A stretch of DNA of 64,000 bases from Candidatus Multivoradales bacterium (GCA_965248925.1 CBDFLE010000006.1:4608001-4672000), one strand, 5' to 3'; positions 1 through 10,437 are shown, counted from the first letter of the stretch. Translations and numbers: made by a program. The notes: generated from the letters alone by a model not told the origin.

Positions 1-2
1 AC

Positions 3-404
3 AACGGCCTCGACGCTTTCTCCGAACTGCGTCTGGCGGCGCAGCTGCAGCAACTGAAGCACGGTCCAGATGCATTCTCCGGCCACGATGCGCTGGATCT
101 GATGACCCGAAGTGGCGCGGTGGCATTGGGGATGGGCGATGAGATCGGTTCGGTCGTGGCCGGTAAGAAAGCGGATTTGGTGGTGCTCGAGGGCAGCCGG
201 CCAGAGTTCTGGGCGGCCGATCAGGCCGATCCCCACGACATTGTCGCTTTCGGCGCGCATCGCGGCTCGGTGCGGCACGTCTTCGTCGGCGGCGAGCAGC
301 TGGTCGAGGACGGTGCTTTGGCCCATCTCGATCTGCAACAGGTCCGGCAGGGGGCCGCGGCCGCTCGCTCGGCGTGGGTCGAGCGAGCAGGGGTCAAACC
401 CTAA
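3..404 (+). CDS. Amidohydrolase family protein (MTA/SAH deaminase-like), C-terminal part, truncated by window edge
   Basis: Open frame from position 3 (NGLDAFSELRLAA...); GA.ALG...IGSV.AGKKADLVVL and VRHVFVGG motifs of the amidohydrolase C-terminus. Confidence 0.8.
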   Translation, partial: NGLDAFSELRLAAQLQQLKHGPDAFSGHDALDLMTRSGAVALGMGDEIGSVVAGKKADLVVLEGSRPEFWAADQADPHDIVAFGAHRGSVRHVFVGGEQLVEDGALAHLDLQQVRQGAAAARSAWVERAGVKP

Positions 405-918
405 GCCAACCATCTTTCGCCCACACAGTAGAATTTCTCTGGGCTTCGAAGTGGCTCATTTGGGTTCTCTGCCTCCGCTGAAGAGGCTTAGGGCATGGAA
501 AAACCAAGCTGGATTGGATAAGATCTGCTAGAGACCTGGGAAACTTCTTGCCTTCGAGCGAGTACTGTCTATCGATTCATCTGCTTGGCCACTTTGCTCG
601 GAGGTTCGCGGTACCGGAAAGCAGCCCTGGTCCTGGTTCGGTCGCAACCGCCATTGCGGGATTGTGCTGGGCACGGATCTTTCGCCCGTGGCTGAGTTAG
701 CTGGTCCAGCGCGACGCCGCAGTTGGGTAGACGGTTTCTGCAAGATGGCTGGTCTTCTGGAGAGTGCCGTGGCGCGTCGCGCCAACTCTCCGGTCTGTAT
801 TTCGAGGATCCGTCGACCCGACGCGGCGTGGAGAGGCCGCTAGAGGTTGGATTTTTCACAAACGAGGCTTCCAAGGAAGAAGAAGCTGAGGAAGCCGCTT
901 CGCGAGGAGTCAGTTCTC

Positions 919-3891
919 ATGATTAGAAGCCGAAGGGGGTCTATAACCCTCATCTTTATCTGTGCTGTGGCACTCTTGGTGCCGCAGCTGATGGCGCAGA
1001 CCACCGGCCGTGTCGAAGGTCGAACCCTAGGCCAGGACGGCAGTGGACTGCCTGGCGTAACTTTGACCGTTACCAGCCCGAACCTGCAGGGCGCGGTGAC
1101 CGCCATTTCAGGCTCGGCCGGCACCTTCCGTTTTCTCAGCCTGCCGCCAGGTTCCTACGTCCTACGGGCTAGCCTGGATGGCTTCAACACCCTAGAGCAG
1201 CAGAACGTGGTGGTCGGCATCGAGCGTACCGTGAGCCTGACCCTTGAGATGTCGGCGGCGATCGAGGCGGAAGTCATCGTCACCGCCCAAGCGCCGGTGG
1301 TCGACGTGACCAGCTCGAGTTCCGGCATCAATCTCGGTGGCGAAGTGTTTAAAGAGCTGCCGTTGGCTCGCGATCTCTACGCCGTGGCGCAGATGGCCGC
1401 CGGCTCAGGTAGTGATCGTCACGGCACCACCATCTACGGCGCCACCAGCGTCGAGAACCAGTACATCATCGATGGCCTCAACACTACTGGCGTAGAAACC
1501 GGACAGGAGAACAAACGCCTGAACGTCGAGTTCATCGAAGAGGTGCAGGTCATCACCGGCGGCTTGAACGCAGAGTACGGCCGTATCACTGGTGGTGTGA
1601 TCAACGCGGTCACCAAGTCGGGCGGCAACAACTTCAAGGGTGATGTGTTCGGCTACTTCGCCGACGACAGCTTGCAGGCCGACAACACTACCGCCAAGGA
1701 CTTGCGCAGCGATGCTTTCATCACCGTCGAGACCGGTGACGAGCAGGACTATGGTTTCGATGTGGGTGGCTACATCATCAAGGACAAGCTGTGGTTCTTT
1801 TCCGCCTTCGACCAGGTGGCCGAAGACGAAGTGAAGACGATCATCAATCCGATCAACAATACTGAAGCCGGCACGCCGCAGGTTGGCGACGTGATCACCA
1901 GCGACATCGAGCGCGATCTGTGGGCCGGCAAGCTGACCTTCAGCATTAACGAGAGCCACCGTCTCACCGGTTCAGTGTTCGCCGATCCGCAGACCAAAAC
2001 CGGCTCAATTCTTGGCCGCTTCGCGCAGATTGGCGGGCCGCCGAGTACCTTCGCCGGCACCCGTGAGAGTGGCGGCACCGACTATTCGCTGCGTTACGAC
2101 GGCCTGTTCGGGGACTCCTGGTTGGTCGAAGCCAACTATGGCTCGCACAACGAGGAAGACAAGGTCTCGGGCCCCGGCAAGACCATCGTCCACCGCATCG
2201 ACCAGTCGGTTCCGGGCAGCCCGACCAGTGGTGGCTTCCCCTTCCATCAGGACCAGGAATTCGAGCGCGAGGTCTTCCGCGGCATCGTGTCGAAGTTCTT
2301 TGGCGACCACGAGTTCAAGTTTGGCGCTGACCAGGAGGATCTGTTCGCTGAGAACAACAACTTCAATGGTGGCGCTGGACAGCGGATCTACAAGCGTAGG
2401 AAGCGTGATGGCTTTGCACAGCACTTCCGCCACCGCTTCTACGTCGACTCGCTGGCGGCTGGCTTCGATGCCGACGATCCGAGCACCTGGACCTTGGCGG
2501 TGCCGCTGACCTCGACGCCGGAGACCTCCAACACGTCCCTCTTTGTTCAGGACACTTGGCGGCTGACTTCGAACTTCACCCTCAATCTCGGTGGCCGTTT
2601 TGAGCGCCAAGAGATTGGTGACCGCTTCGGCGCTTCGCAGATTGATCTCGACGATAACTACGCCGCCCGTATCGGCATGACCTGGGATGTTCGTGGCGAC
2701 GGCCGTTCGAAGGCTTACGCCAACTACGGTCGCTACTTCTTGTCGATCCCGATGGACATCAACATCCGTGCCTTTGGCGGCGAAGTGCAGTGCTTCTGCT
2801 ACAACTTCAGCGACGATCCCAACGACTTCGCTCCCGACGCTAGTGCACCCGAGGTTTCCCGTCTGCTGGGGGCCGGTGGTACACCGGTGGACCCGGAACT
2901 CAAGGGTCAGTACATTGACGAGTTCTTGCTCGGCTATGAGTTCGAGGTGCGGCCGAACTTCGCCCTGGGCGTGCAGGCTACCTATCGCGACTTGGGCCGG
3001 GTGGTCGAGGACTTCCTGATCGTCGCCGAGGCGAACTACTTCATCGCCAACCCGGGCGAAGGGCTGGGCACTGACGTGTCGTTCTACGATTACTACTTCA
3101 GCACCCATCCGAACGGCGATGCGGTGGGTAACTTCACCGCCCCGGTCACCGGTGCTGATCGTGAGTACATTGCGGTTCAGTTCACCGCCCGCAAGCGCTA
3201 CAGCGACAACTGGCAGCTGTTGGCCAACTACGTTTGGTCGCGCCTCGAAGGCACCTACGATGGTGCTTTCCAGGTTTCCACCGGCCAGCTCGATCCGACC
3301 ATCAACTCGGCCTTCGACTACGCTGACTTCTTGGTCAACGCCGATGGCAAACTGTCGCTCGATCGCGAGCACCAGTTTCGGGTCGATGGTAGCTACCTGT
3401 TCAGCGACGGTTGGGCCGATGGCATATCGGTGGGTGCTACGGCCTTCTACAAGTCGGGCTTCCCGCTCAACGCTTACGGCTACAGTGCCGCCTACAACAA
3501 CAACGAGCTGTTCATCGTGCCGCGTGGCTCCCTCGGTCGGGGCCCCGACACCTATGAGATCGACGTCCATGTGGGCTATCCGATCGACTTGGGCGGCAAC
3601 AAGGAAATCAACCTGCTGCTCGATGTCTTCAACCTGCTCGATCGCCAGTCGATCACTCGCCTAGACGAGCGCTTCAGCCGTCCGAGCGATGATTTCTGCG
3701 ATGGTATCGACATCAACATATGCAGCAACATGGGCGGTGTCCGCAATCAGGAAGGCACTCTGAACCCGATCGGTTCGGTGGGCGATGTCCGTTCGGCTTC
3801 ACCGAATCCGGACTTCCTGCGCAGGGGAGCGAGCACTCGTACCTTCACCGAGCCGCGGACCATCCGCGTCGGTGTGCGCTTCTCGTTCTAG
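919..3891 (+). CDS. TonB-dependent receptor, Oar-like, with N-terminal carboxypeptidase-regulatory-like domain
   Basis: GAGGAG RBS before ATG 919; signal peptide; LPGVTLTVTSP, ENQYIIDG, AEYGRITGGVINAVTKSGGN and IIKDKLWFF motifs; ends in GVRFSF. Confidence 0.92.
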   Translation: MIRSRRGSITLIFICAVALLVPQLMAQTTGRVEGRTLGQDGSGLPGVTLTVTSPNLQGAVTAISGSAGTFRFLSLPPGSYVLRASLDGFNTLEQQNVVVGIERTVSLTLEMSAAIEAEVIVTAQAPVVDVTSSSSGINLGGEVFKELPLARDLYAVAQMAAGSGSDRHGTTIYGATSVENQYIIDGLNTTGVETGQENKRLNVEFIEEVQVITGGLNAEYGRITGGVINAVTKSGGNNFKGDVFGYFADDSLQADNTTAKDLRSDAFITVETGDEQDYGFDVGGYIIKDKLWFFSAFDQVAEDEVKTIINPINNTEAGTPQVGDVITSDIERDLWAGKLTFSINESHRLTGSVFADPQTKTGSILGRFAQIGGPPSTFAGTRESGGTDYSLRYDGLFGDSWLVEANYGSHNEEDKVSGPGKTIVHRIDQSVPGSPTSGGFPFHQDQEFEREVFRGIVSKFFGDHEFKFGADQEDLFAENNNFNGGAGQRIYKRRKRDGFAQHFRHRFYVDSLAAGFDADDPSTWTLAVPLTSTPETSNTSLFVQDTWRLTSNFTLNLGGRFERQEIGDRFGASQIDLDDNYAARIGMTWDVRGDGRSKAYANYGRYFLSIPMDINIRAFGGEVQCFCYNFSDDPNDFAPDASAPEVSRLLGAGGTPVDPELKGQYIDEFLLGYEFEVRPNFALGVQATYRDLGRVVEDFLIVAEANYFIANPGEGLGTDVSFYDYYFSTHPNGDAVGNFTAPVTGADREYIAVQFTARKRYSDNWQLLANYVWSRLEGTYDGAFQVSTGQLDPTINSAFDYADFLVNADGKLSLDREHQFRVDGSYLFSDGWADGISVGATAFYKSGFPLNAYGYSAAYNNNELFIVPRGSLGRGPDTYEIDVHVGYPIDLGGNKEINLLLDVFNLLDRQSITRLDERFSRPSDDFCDGIDINICSNMGGVRNQEGTLNPIGSVGDVRSASPNPDFLRRGASTRTFTEPRTIRVGVRFSF

Positions 3892-3956
3892 CTTGCCAAG
3901 CCCTAGGGAGCACGCCACAGGTGCTGCGCTCTAGGGGCGTGTAACACGCGTGATAT

Positions 3957-3986
3957 AAAAGGGTCTCCTTCACCGGAGGCCCTTTT
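3957..3986 (+). terminator. Intrinsic terminator after the TonB receptor gene
   Basis: AAAAGGGTCTCC-ttcacc-GGAGGCCCTTTT hairpin followed by a T-rich tract. Confidence 0.7.
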
Positions 3987-3989
3987 CTT

Positions 3990-6377
3990 ATGGCGCGAAA
4001 AGCTCTCTTTCTGGCCACGATTGTCCTGGTATTGGCTGGCCTGGGTGCCTGGCACTTACGGTTTCAGCCGGCTGGCCAGGCACGGGTGCAGCGTCAGGGA
4101 GAGAAGCTCGATTGGACGACGGCTCGCTTGGGCTGGGCACCGCGCTACCGCGGCAGCAGCTGTTTGGTGCCGCGCCAGGGAGAATTGCTGATTTATGCCG
4201 GTGAGGTGCGGCCGGTGGGGCGCACCGGTGAGTCTTACCCCCTGCAACTGGAGTTTTCCTACCTTCCTCCGCCTCAGCTAGCGACTGATTGGCCGGCTGG
4301 CGACTGGTGCTATTCACTACCCGCTCGGCTTGGCCAGATGGCTACCGATTGGTTGCGCGAAGTGGGTCCGGACGGGGTGCGTAGGGGTGACCGCGACCGC
4401 GCGGTGGGGCAAGCCCTAGAAGGGGCCCTGAGGGTTGCTGGTTTTGCGCGCCTCGAGCTGGCAGCGACCTTTGAGATGCCGGCCGGGATGGTGGAGCCGG
4501 CGGCGATCGAGCAGGTCGCCAAGCAGCGGCGGCCGCAGCCACCGGTTTTTCTGATCGGTCTCGATGGCGGTGACTGGCAGCTGCTCGATCGCTATATCAC
4601 TGAGGGCTTGATGCCAAACTTGGCCGGGCTGGTCGCGGGTGGGCGTCGCGGTGTTCTGCTCAGTGAACACCCTCCTTTGTCGCCGCTGCTGTGGACGACT
4701 TTGGTCACTGGCGTTTCCCCCCTCGAACACAGGATTCTCGACTTCACCCGTTTTCGCCCCGGCGATGGCTTGAAGGAACCGATTACCAGCGACGAGCGGC
4801 AGATGCCGGCGCTGTGGAACATGGCGACCCAAGCGGGTCTCGAAAGTGCCGTCTTCGGGCTCTGGGCGACCTATCCGGCCGAACCGATCAAGGGTCTGCT
4901 GGTCTCCGATCGGCTGATCACCTTTCTCTACCAAGAGCAAGATCCGCCGCCGGGGGTGGTTTTCCCCAGTCGGCGGGAGGAGTGGGCGCGCGCTGTGCTG
5001 CGGCAGGTCGAACGGACGGTTGACTTCGACCAAGTGCAGACCTTTCTGCCTTGGCTAGATCGGGCCGAGTACGATCGCCAGGCGAAACCCGAGGGCGACC
5101 CCTACGCTCATCCGGTGGGGGCCTTGCGCCGCATCCTGGTGGAGACCCAGGTCTACCATCGCTTGGCGGTGGAGCAGCTGGCCGCCGGCGAGACTGATCT
5201 GGCAATTGTCTATCTGCAGGGGTCTGACACCATCGGTCATGTCTTTGCCCCTTTTGCCCCACCTCGGCAGGTGACGATTTCGGCTCAAGACTTTCGTCGC
5301 TACAGCGAGGTGCCGAGGCGATTTTTCGCTTACCTTGATGGCCTTCTCGGAGAATATCGCGACTTGGCTGCCCAGCAAGGCGCGGTGTTGATGCTGGCCT
5401 CAGATCATGGCTTCCGCTGGAGCGAGGGGCGACCTACCGAGTTGTCGAGTTCGGCTGTAGCCACCGCCGCGCGCTGGCATCGCCAGCAGGGTATCTACCT
5501 CTTGTGGGGTCCTGGAATCGAGTCCGGTGAGGGGCCCCAGGGTGGCTTGCGGCAAGTTTGCGCAACGGTAGTAGAATTGCTCGGTTTGGCGCCGGGTGAA
5601 GGACTTGCGGGACCCCTGCTGGCTGGCCTGCAACCCACTGGAGCCGCGCTCGACTATGGCGTCGGGTTCACCCCTCGAAAAGCAGCCTCGCTGCCGGCGG
5701 CAAATCTTGCGGCGGCGGCCGAAGAACTGGCCAAGCTTCGCTCCCTGGGCTACCTCGGAGGCTCAGAGCCCACCCAGGCTCCAGCGGCTGCCGCGGCTAG
5801 TGGTCGCACTGCCGGCTCGTGGAACAACCAAGGATTGATCCTCAAGGCCGAGGGGCAGCAGGTGGCGGCGGTGGCCGCGTTCGAGAGCGCGCTGACGGTC
5901 AATCCGCGGCTGGCTTCGGCATTGTGGAATCTGAGCGATCTGCTCTTCGCCCGCGATGAGGATCTCGAACGCTCTGATCGGCTGTTGGCGCGGGCCTACG
6001 GCCAGGGCCTGCCCCAGGGTTTGAAGTACCTGATCGGGCGGGCGATCGGCTATCAGCGGCAAGGTCGGGTGCAGCGCAGCCTGGCATTGCTCGAAGACGC
6101 CCTCAGCATGCGCGCGGATGAGCCTGACCTGTGGCTGTTTCGCGGTCGCTACCGGATCGAAGGTGGCGATTGCGATGGGGCGAGCCAAGATTTCGAACGT
6201 GCGTTGCAGCTCGATCCGGATCGACCGCAGTCGCTGGCTTCGGCCGCCATGGCAAGCCTCTGCCTAGGCGATGCCCAGGCTGCCCAGGGGATGTTGCAAC
6301 GATCGCTGGAACTCGATCCAGAGCAGCCAGCAGTGCGTCAGATGTTACGCCAGATGGCGGAAGGAGCAGCTCGATGA
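3990..6377 (+). CDS. Alkaline phosphatase/phosphodiesterase superfamily protein with C-terminal TPR repeats
   Basis: LIGLDGGDW, PPLSPLLWTTLVTG, SDHGF and LRSLGYLG motifs, then TPR-like repeats; N-terminal TM segment. Confidence 0.85.
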   Translation: MARKALFLATIVLVLAGLGAWHLRFQPAGQARVQRQGEKLDWTTARLGWAPRYRGSSCLVPRQGELLIYAGEVRPVGRTGESYPLQLEFSYLPPPQLATDWPAGDWCYSLPARLGQMATDWLREVGPDGVRRGDRDRAVGQALEGALRVAGFARLELAATFEMPAGMVEPAAIEQVAKQRRPQPPVFLIGLDGGDWQLLDRYITEGLMPNLAGLVAGGRRGVLLSEHPPLSPLLWTTLVTGVSPLEHRILDFTRFRPGDGLKEPITSDERQMPALWNMATQAGLESAVFGLWATYPAEPIKGLLVSDRLITFLYQEQDPPPGVVFPSRREEWARAVLRQVERTVDFDQVQTFLPWLDRAEYDRQAKPEGDPYAHPVGALRRILVETQVYHRLAVEQLAAGETDLAIVYLQGSDTIGHVFAPFAPPRQVTISAQDFRRYSEVPRRFFAYLDGLLGEYRDLAAQQGAVLMLASDHGFRWSEGRPTELSSSAVATAARWHRQQGIYLLWGPGIESGEGPQGGLRQVCATVVELLGLAPGEGLAGPLLAGLQPTGAALDYGVGFTPRKAASLPAANLAAAAEELAKLRSLGYLGGSEPTQAPAAAAASGRTAGSWNNQGLILKAEGQQVAAVAAFESALTVNPRLASALWNLSDLLFARDEDLERSDRLLARAYGQGLPQGLKYLIGRAIGYQRQGRVQRSLALLEDALSMRADEPDLWLFRGRYRIEGGDCDGASQDFERALQLDPDRPQSLASAAMASLCLGDAQAAQGMLQRSLELDPEQPAVRQMLRQMAEGAAR

Positions 6378-8062
6378 AGAGTCGTTGTTGGGTGATGGCG
6401 TGGGGTCTCTTGAGTGTGATCAGCAGTGCTGGGCAAGCGGCCGAGGTTGCCGGTTCGGTGGACGATCGGATCGATGTCACGGCGGTGACAGTGACGGTCG
6501 AGGTGGACGAGTTCGGCTGGGATCTATCGACCGCGGATTTCGAGGTTCTCGAAGACGGTCGGCCCCAGACCCTACTCAGTGTCGAGCGGGCTGCTGCCGA
6601 CGGCGACCGAGCGGCGGGCCCGTGGCAGATCGTGCTGTACCTCGATCGCCGCCTGTCCGACCGCCGCAGCCTTCGCCGGGCGGCGGCTGCATTGGCCGCT
6701 CAAGCGTCACAGCTGGTCGCCCTCGGCGAGGTGCAGATCCTGGCCGCTGAGACCGAACTCGAGCAGTTGCTCAAACCGACCCGCAATGTTGCGACTCTGC
6801 GCGACGCGCTCAAGCGGCTGGCGAAGAAGGGCACCGGGCGGGGCGAGTTGCTGCGCCTGCGCCGCCAGTTCCTGCGCGATGCCACAGAGACGGACTCCTC
6901 AGATCAGTTGAGCCGGATACGCTCGGTCCAGTCTTCCAGGGGTTCGACGGCGCCCACTGGAACTCCGGGCGGCAGTTCCCAGGATCAGCTCCGCGGTGGT
7001 CGCGAGGTCGGGGCTCGTGGTCGCATGCTGGCCCGTGGCGCGGCGGTCGAGGAAGCTCGGCTGGTGGATCACCAGTTGGACCTGCTCAGCCGTTGGGTGA
7101 GTCGGCAACGCTTCCCTGGCCCGCGGGCGCTGATCTTGGTCAACGACGGTTTCGACCTCGATCCGCGCGACTTCTATCTGCGGCTGGTGCCGGAGCGCGA
7201 CGAGTCGGAGATCAGTGGCCTTTTGCAGGAGCTATCGATGGGTGCCCGCCAGGAACGCCTGAGCCGGCTACTGGCGGCCCAAGGGTGGACCGTGCTGGCG
7301 GTGGCTACCGGTGAGGGTCAAGGTGGCCTACCGGGCGATTCTGGCAGTCAGCATGGCGCCAACGCAGCCGCCAACAGTGGGATCGAAAGCACTAAGCAGC
7401 TGCCCAAATTTCTCCTGGCTCACGGCCTGCAGCCGCTGACCAGCTTCGCCGAGGCCAGCGGCGGTGTGCTGTTGACCTCCGAGGATTTGCTGGCGGAGGC
7501 GGTCGCCAGCCTAGGCCGGCGTTGGCGCTTGACTTACCAGGTGGAACGGCAGCCCGATGGCCGGATTCACGAAGTGGAAGTGCGCTTGCGGGAACTCGGC
7601 GGCGAGGTGCGAGCGCCGCTGTGGATCGCTTCGGAGACGCTTGAGGAGATAGCTTTTGAGCGGGCGCGGAATATGGTCGAGGGAAACCTCGAAGGTGGTG
7701 AGTTGTCGTTGCAGGCGGCGATTTTCTTTCCCTCTGCACGGGAAGAGAACTACTCGGGTGGACCGCGGCGTGGCACCCTGGCGGTACGCGCTGACCTAGC
7801 GCCGTTGGCAGCCCTGCGGCACACCTTGCAGACGGCGGACGTGCGGGTCTCCTTGGCGGTTTTCTACCCCGAGCGGGATCCCTTCACCCACCATCAGGTG
7901 GTTCGCAGTCAAGACCTGTCGCTGGAGGGCACCTGGGACTTCTCGACCCAACTCAACCTGCCAGCCGATGCTGCTCGGGTAGTGGTGGTGGTGGAAGAGT
8001 TGGCGAGTGGGGTCTGGGGAGCCGCCGCCGCGCCGCTGATGACCCGCCGGCAAGGTTCATGA
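6374..8062 (+). CDS. VWA (acidobacterial VWFA-related) domain protein
   Basis: ATG 6374 overlaps the upstream stop; signal peptide; LSTADFEVLEDGRPQ, GPRALILVNDGF, AEASGG and DGRIHEVEVRL motifs. Confidence 0.8.
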   Translation: MKSRCWVMAWGLLSVISSAGQAAEVAGSVDDRIDVTAVTVTVEVDEFGWDLSTADFEVLEDGRPQTLLSVERAAADGDRAAGPWQIVLYLDRRLSDRRSLRRAAAALAAQASQLVALGEVQILAAETELEQLLKPTRNVATLRDALKRLAKKGTGRGELLRLRRQFLRDATETDSSDQLSRIRSVQSSRGSTAPTGTPGGSSQDQLRGGREVGARGRMLARGAAVEEARLVDHQLDLLSRWVSRQRFPGPRALILVNDGFDLDPRDFYLRLVPERDESEISGLLQELSMGARQERLSRLLAAQGWTVLAVATGEGQGGLPGDSGSQHGANAAANSGIESTKQLPKFLLAHGLQPLTSFAEASGGVLLTSEDLLAEAVASLGRRWRLTYQVERQPDGRIHEVEVRLRELGGEVRAPLWIASETLEEIAFERARNMVEGNLEGGELSLQAAIFFPSAREENYSGGPRRGTLAVRADLAPLAALRHTLQTADVRVSLAVFYPERDPFTHHQVVRSQDLSLEGTWDFSTQLNLPADAARVVVVVEELASGVWGAAAAPLMTRRQGS

Positions 8063-8199
8063 GGCGGTCGCCCGCGCCTCGCTGCGGCGTGCTATAGTCC
8101 GCCCGTCCAGATTTCCAGCTTGTTGGCTCTTGCCGCCGGCAGTTCCTTGCCGCGTGTTTTCGCCGTGCCTCCTTTCCTCTGCCAGGAGAGGACAGGAGC

Positions 8200-8868
8200 A
8201 TGGAGCCCCAACCAGCCTTTTCACCCGCCGCGCGTACCGCGCCAACCGCATGTGAGTTGTTCCGCCGTTGCATTCACTTGCAGCGGGCCCAGGATTGGCA
8301 GATCTTTGTCGAGCGCTACTGCCACAAGGTTGCCAAGACGGTTTCCTGGGCCTTCAGCCGTCTAGCGGCTTGGCCGAGCACCGACGAGCCCGAGGACATT
8401 ACTCAGGAACTCTATTGCCGGTTGCTCGCGGGTGCCGCCAGAGAGTTTCGCGGCGAGACCGAGGGCGAGCTGTGGACCTATCTGGGGCAGGTGGTCTTTC
8501 ACCTGCTGCTCGATCGCCAGCGGCAGCGGACAGCTGCCAAGCGCACCCTGCCACGGGCCTACACGCCAGTCCGTCCAGAGTACGCGCCGAGTACCTTGAG
8601 TTCGCCTGAGGAGGTCACGCTGACTTCTGAACGCCGCCGGGTGTTTCTGCTCAGCTGCGCGAGCGCCCTGCGAGGACCGCGCTCTGGACCACGACTGCGG
8701 GCTCTGTGGTTGGCGATCATCGGCGGCTGGAGCAGCCAAGAAGCGGCCCAGGCGGTGGGCGGGGCGCTCAGCGGACCGCAGATCGACAGCATGATTCACC
8801 GTCTCAGGAGACGCCTGGAGGCGCAGGGAATGCACTTGCCGCGGCGCTCGGTAGCACGTGCAGTTTGA
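8200..8868 (+). CDS. ECF-type sigma-70 family RNA polymerase sigma factor
   Basis: AGGAG RBS; WQIFVERY, EDITQELYCRL (region 2) and GWSSQEAAQAVG...IHRLRRRL (region 4). Confidence 0.8.
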   Translation: MEPQPAFSPAARTAPTACELFRRCIHLQRAQDWQIFVERYCHKVAKTVSWAFSRLAAWPSTDEPEDITQELYCRLLAGAAREFRGETEGELWTYLGQVVFHLLLDRQRQRTAAKRTLPRAYTPVRPEYAPSTLSSPEEVTLTSERRRVFLLSCASALRGPRSGPRLRALWLAIIGGWSSQEAAQAVGGALSGPQIDSMIHRLRRRLEAQGMHLPRRSVARAV

Positions 8869-8932
8869 GTGAAAATTAGCCGCCGCAGGGGCTTTCTGCG
8901 GTAAATTGGCAGGCCAATCTAGAAAATCGGGT

Positions 8933-8962
8933 TTGACGCCGCTTCCCCGACATGGATAGAAT
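8933..8962 (+). promoter_or_regulatory. Putative sigma-70 promoter for the 9089 gene
   Basis: TTGACG-N18-TAGAAT in an AT-richer intergenic region. Confidence 0.45.
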
Positions 8963-9088
8963 TTATCGAATAGCTTAGGTAGTCCTTGAACTCTTGGAGC
9001 TAAGTCAGCATCTCGACAGGATCTTCTCTGAGGTGAGAAGCCGTGATCGAGGTTCTAGAGGCTCCGGGTTCGGCTGGAGGAGAGAGTC

Positions 9089-10336
9089 ATGAAGCGACGC
9101 TGGATAACGACCCTTTGCACCCTGGTGCTGTTGGCTGTAGCTCCATTGGCAGCGGAGTCGATCATCGGCACCTTTGATGCCGCGGGCAATGTTGGCCATG
9201 GAGTGATGGAGTTGAACGGCTGGGCATTGGCCAGCACGGGTGTCGAGCGGGTGGTGATCCAGATCGACGGCGAGGACTATGCCTCGGTGCAATACGGCGA
9301 TCTTAGTCCCAGCGTCGAGCGCGATTTTCCCGGCTTCCCGGACGCCTCGCACGCCAACTTCACCTACCAGTTCAACACCACCCAGTTCGACAACGGTCTA
9401 CACTGGCTGAAACTCAAGGTGCAGACGTTGGGTGGTAGCAGCCATGTGGTGGCGTCGCGCGACTTCTTTTTCAGCAACAGCATCTCGACCTTGCCGCCCT
9501 TTGGCCGCATCAACCTGCCAGAGCGCAATGCACAGCTGTTCGGCAACTGCGGCCCGGAGATTCCTGGCCAGGGTCGTCGCTTCAGCCTGGTGACCGGATT
9601 CGCGGTCGATGTCGGGGTGGAGATCGGTGATGCCGGGGTGGGCTACGTCGAGTTGCTGGTCGATGGGGCGATCATTTCCAACACTCGCCTGGCGGCATTC
9701 CCAGCGCCAGCGCCCTTTTTCGAGAACGGCTGCTTCTTCGATCCCGACACCACTCAGCTCTACAACTGCTACGGCTTTCCGCGGCTCGATGTCGAGCGGG
9801 AGTTCCCGTTTGCCATCGATGCTCTCAACGCCGGCTTCCGCTTCGGCCTTGATGTCGGTCGGATGTTGCAGAGTGGCTTTGCCCGTGGGCATCACACTCT
9901 GACCATCCGCTCGGGCGACATTTCCGGCCAAGTGGCCAACATCGACGAGATTCCGGTGACTTTCTTCTGTACCGGCGACCTCGGCAACGAGCCGACTTAT
10001 GGCCAGATCGAGTCGCCCCACCCGCGGCGATCCTACGCCGGCTTGATCCGTTTCGAGGGTTGGGCGGTCGATTGGGAAGGTATCCGCGAGGTGCAGATAT
10101 TCGTCGACGGGGTCTACATCCGCAACGCGCGCCTCAATCAGGGACTCCGCACGCTGGTGGAGATCGACTTTCCGGGATTCCCCGGTACCGATTTGCCGGT
10201 GTGGCGGGCCTTTGTCGACAGCACTCGCTTCTTCAGTGAAGGCGAGCACCAGGCACAGATCATCGCTTTCGACTTCGAGGGCGATGCCACCGTTCTCGGT
10301 GAGACCACCTTCTTCGTCGACAACGAAGATCCCTAG
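9089..10336 (+). CDS. Secreted protein with three tandem Ig-like modules
   Basis: Signal peptide; three repeats of the pattern G(W/F)A(L/V)...G(V/I)..V...(I/V)DG...VE..FP. Confidence 0.7.
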   Translation: MKRRWITTLCTLVLLAVAPLAAESIIGTFDAAGNVGHGVMELNGWALASTGVERVVIQIDGEDYASVQYGDLSPSVERDFPGFPDASHANFTYQFNTTQFDNGLHWLKLKVQTLGGSSHVVASRDFFFSNSISTLPPFGRINLPERNAQLFGNCGPEIPGQGRRFSLVTGFAVDVGVEIGDAGVGYVELLVDGAIISNTRLAAFPAPAPFFENGCFFDPDTTQLYNCYGFPRLDVEREFPFAIDALNAGFRFGLDVGRMLQSGFARGHHTLTIRSGDISGQVANIDEIPVTFFCTGDLGNEPTYGQIESPHPRRSYAGLIRFEGWAVDWEGIREVQIFVDGVYIRNARLNQGLRTLVEIDFPGFPGTDLPVWRAFVDSTRFFSEGEHQAQIIAFDFEGDATVLGETTFFVDNEDP

Positions 10337-10437
10337 ATCGATCGCAGTCTCGTCACCGAAGAGCCGGGTTCGCGTCAGCATCCCGGCTCTTTGGCGATCA
10401 GGGCTCCCTGCCGGGCGGTCTCGGCAACGATCCAGCA

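Noticed and set aside
405-918. Cobalamin or TPP riboswitch, or sigma-54 promoter (GGCACGGATCTTTCGC)
   Set aside because: No B12-box or TPP core was recognised, and the GG-to-GC spacing is not the required 10 nt
2005-3570. Long antisense ORFs (also 9398-10438, 32114-33175, 11957-12721 and similar)
   Set aside because: Shadow frames of GC-rich genes with no motifs or RBS
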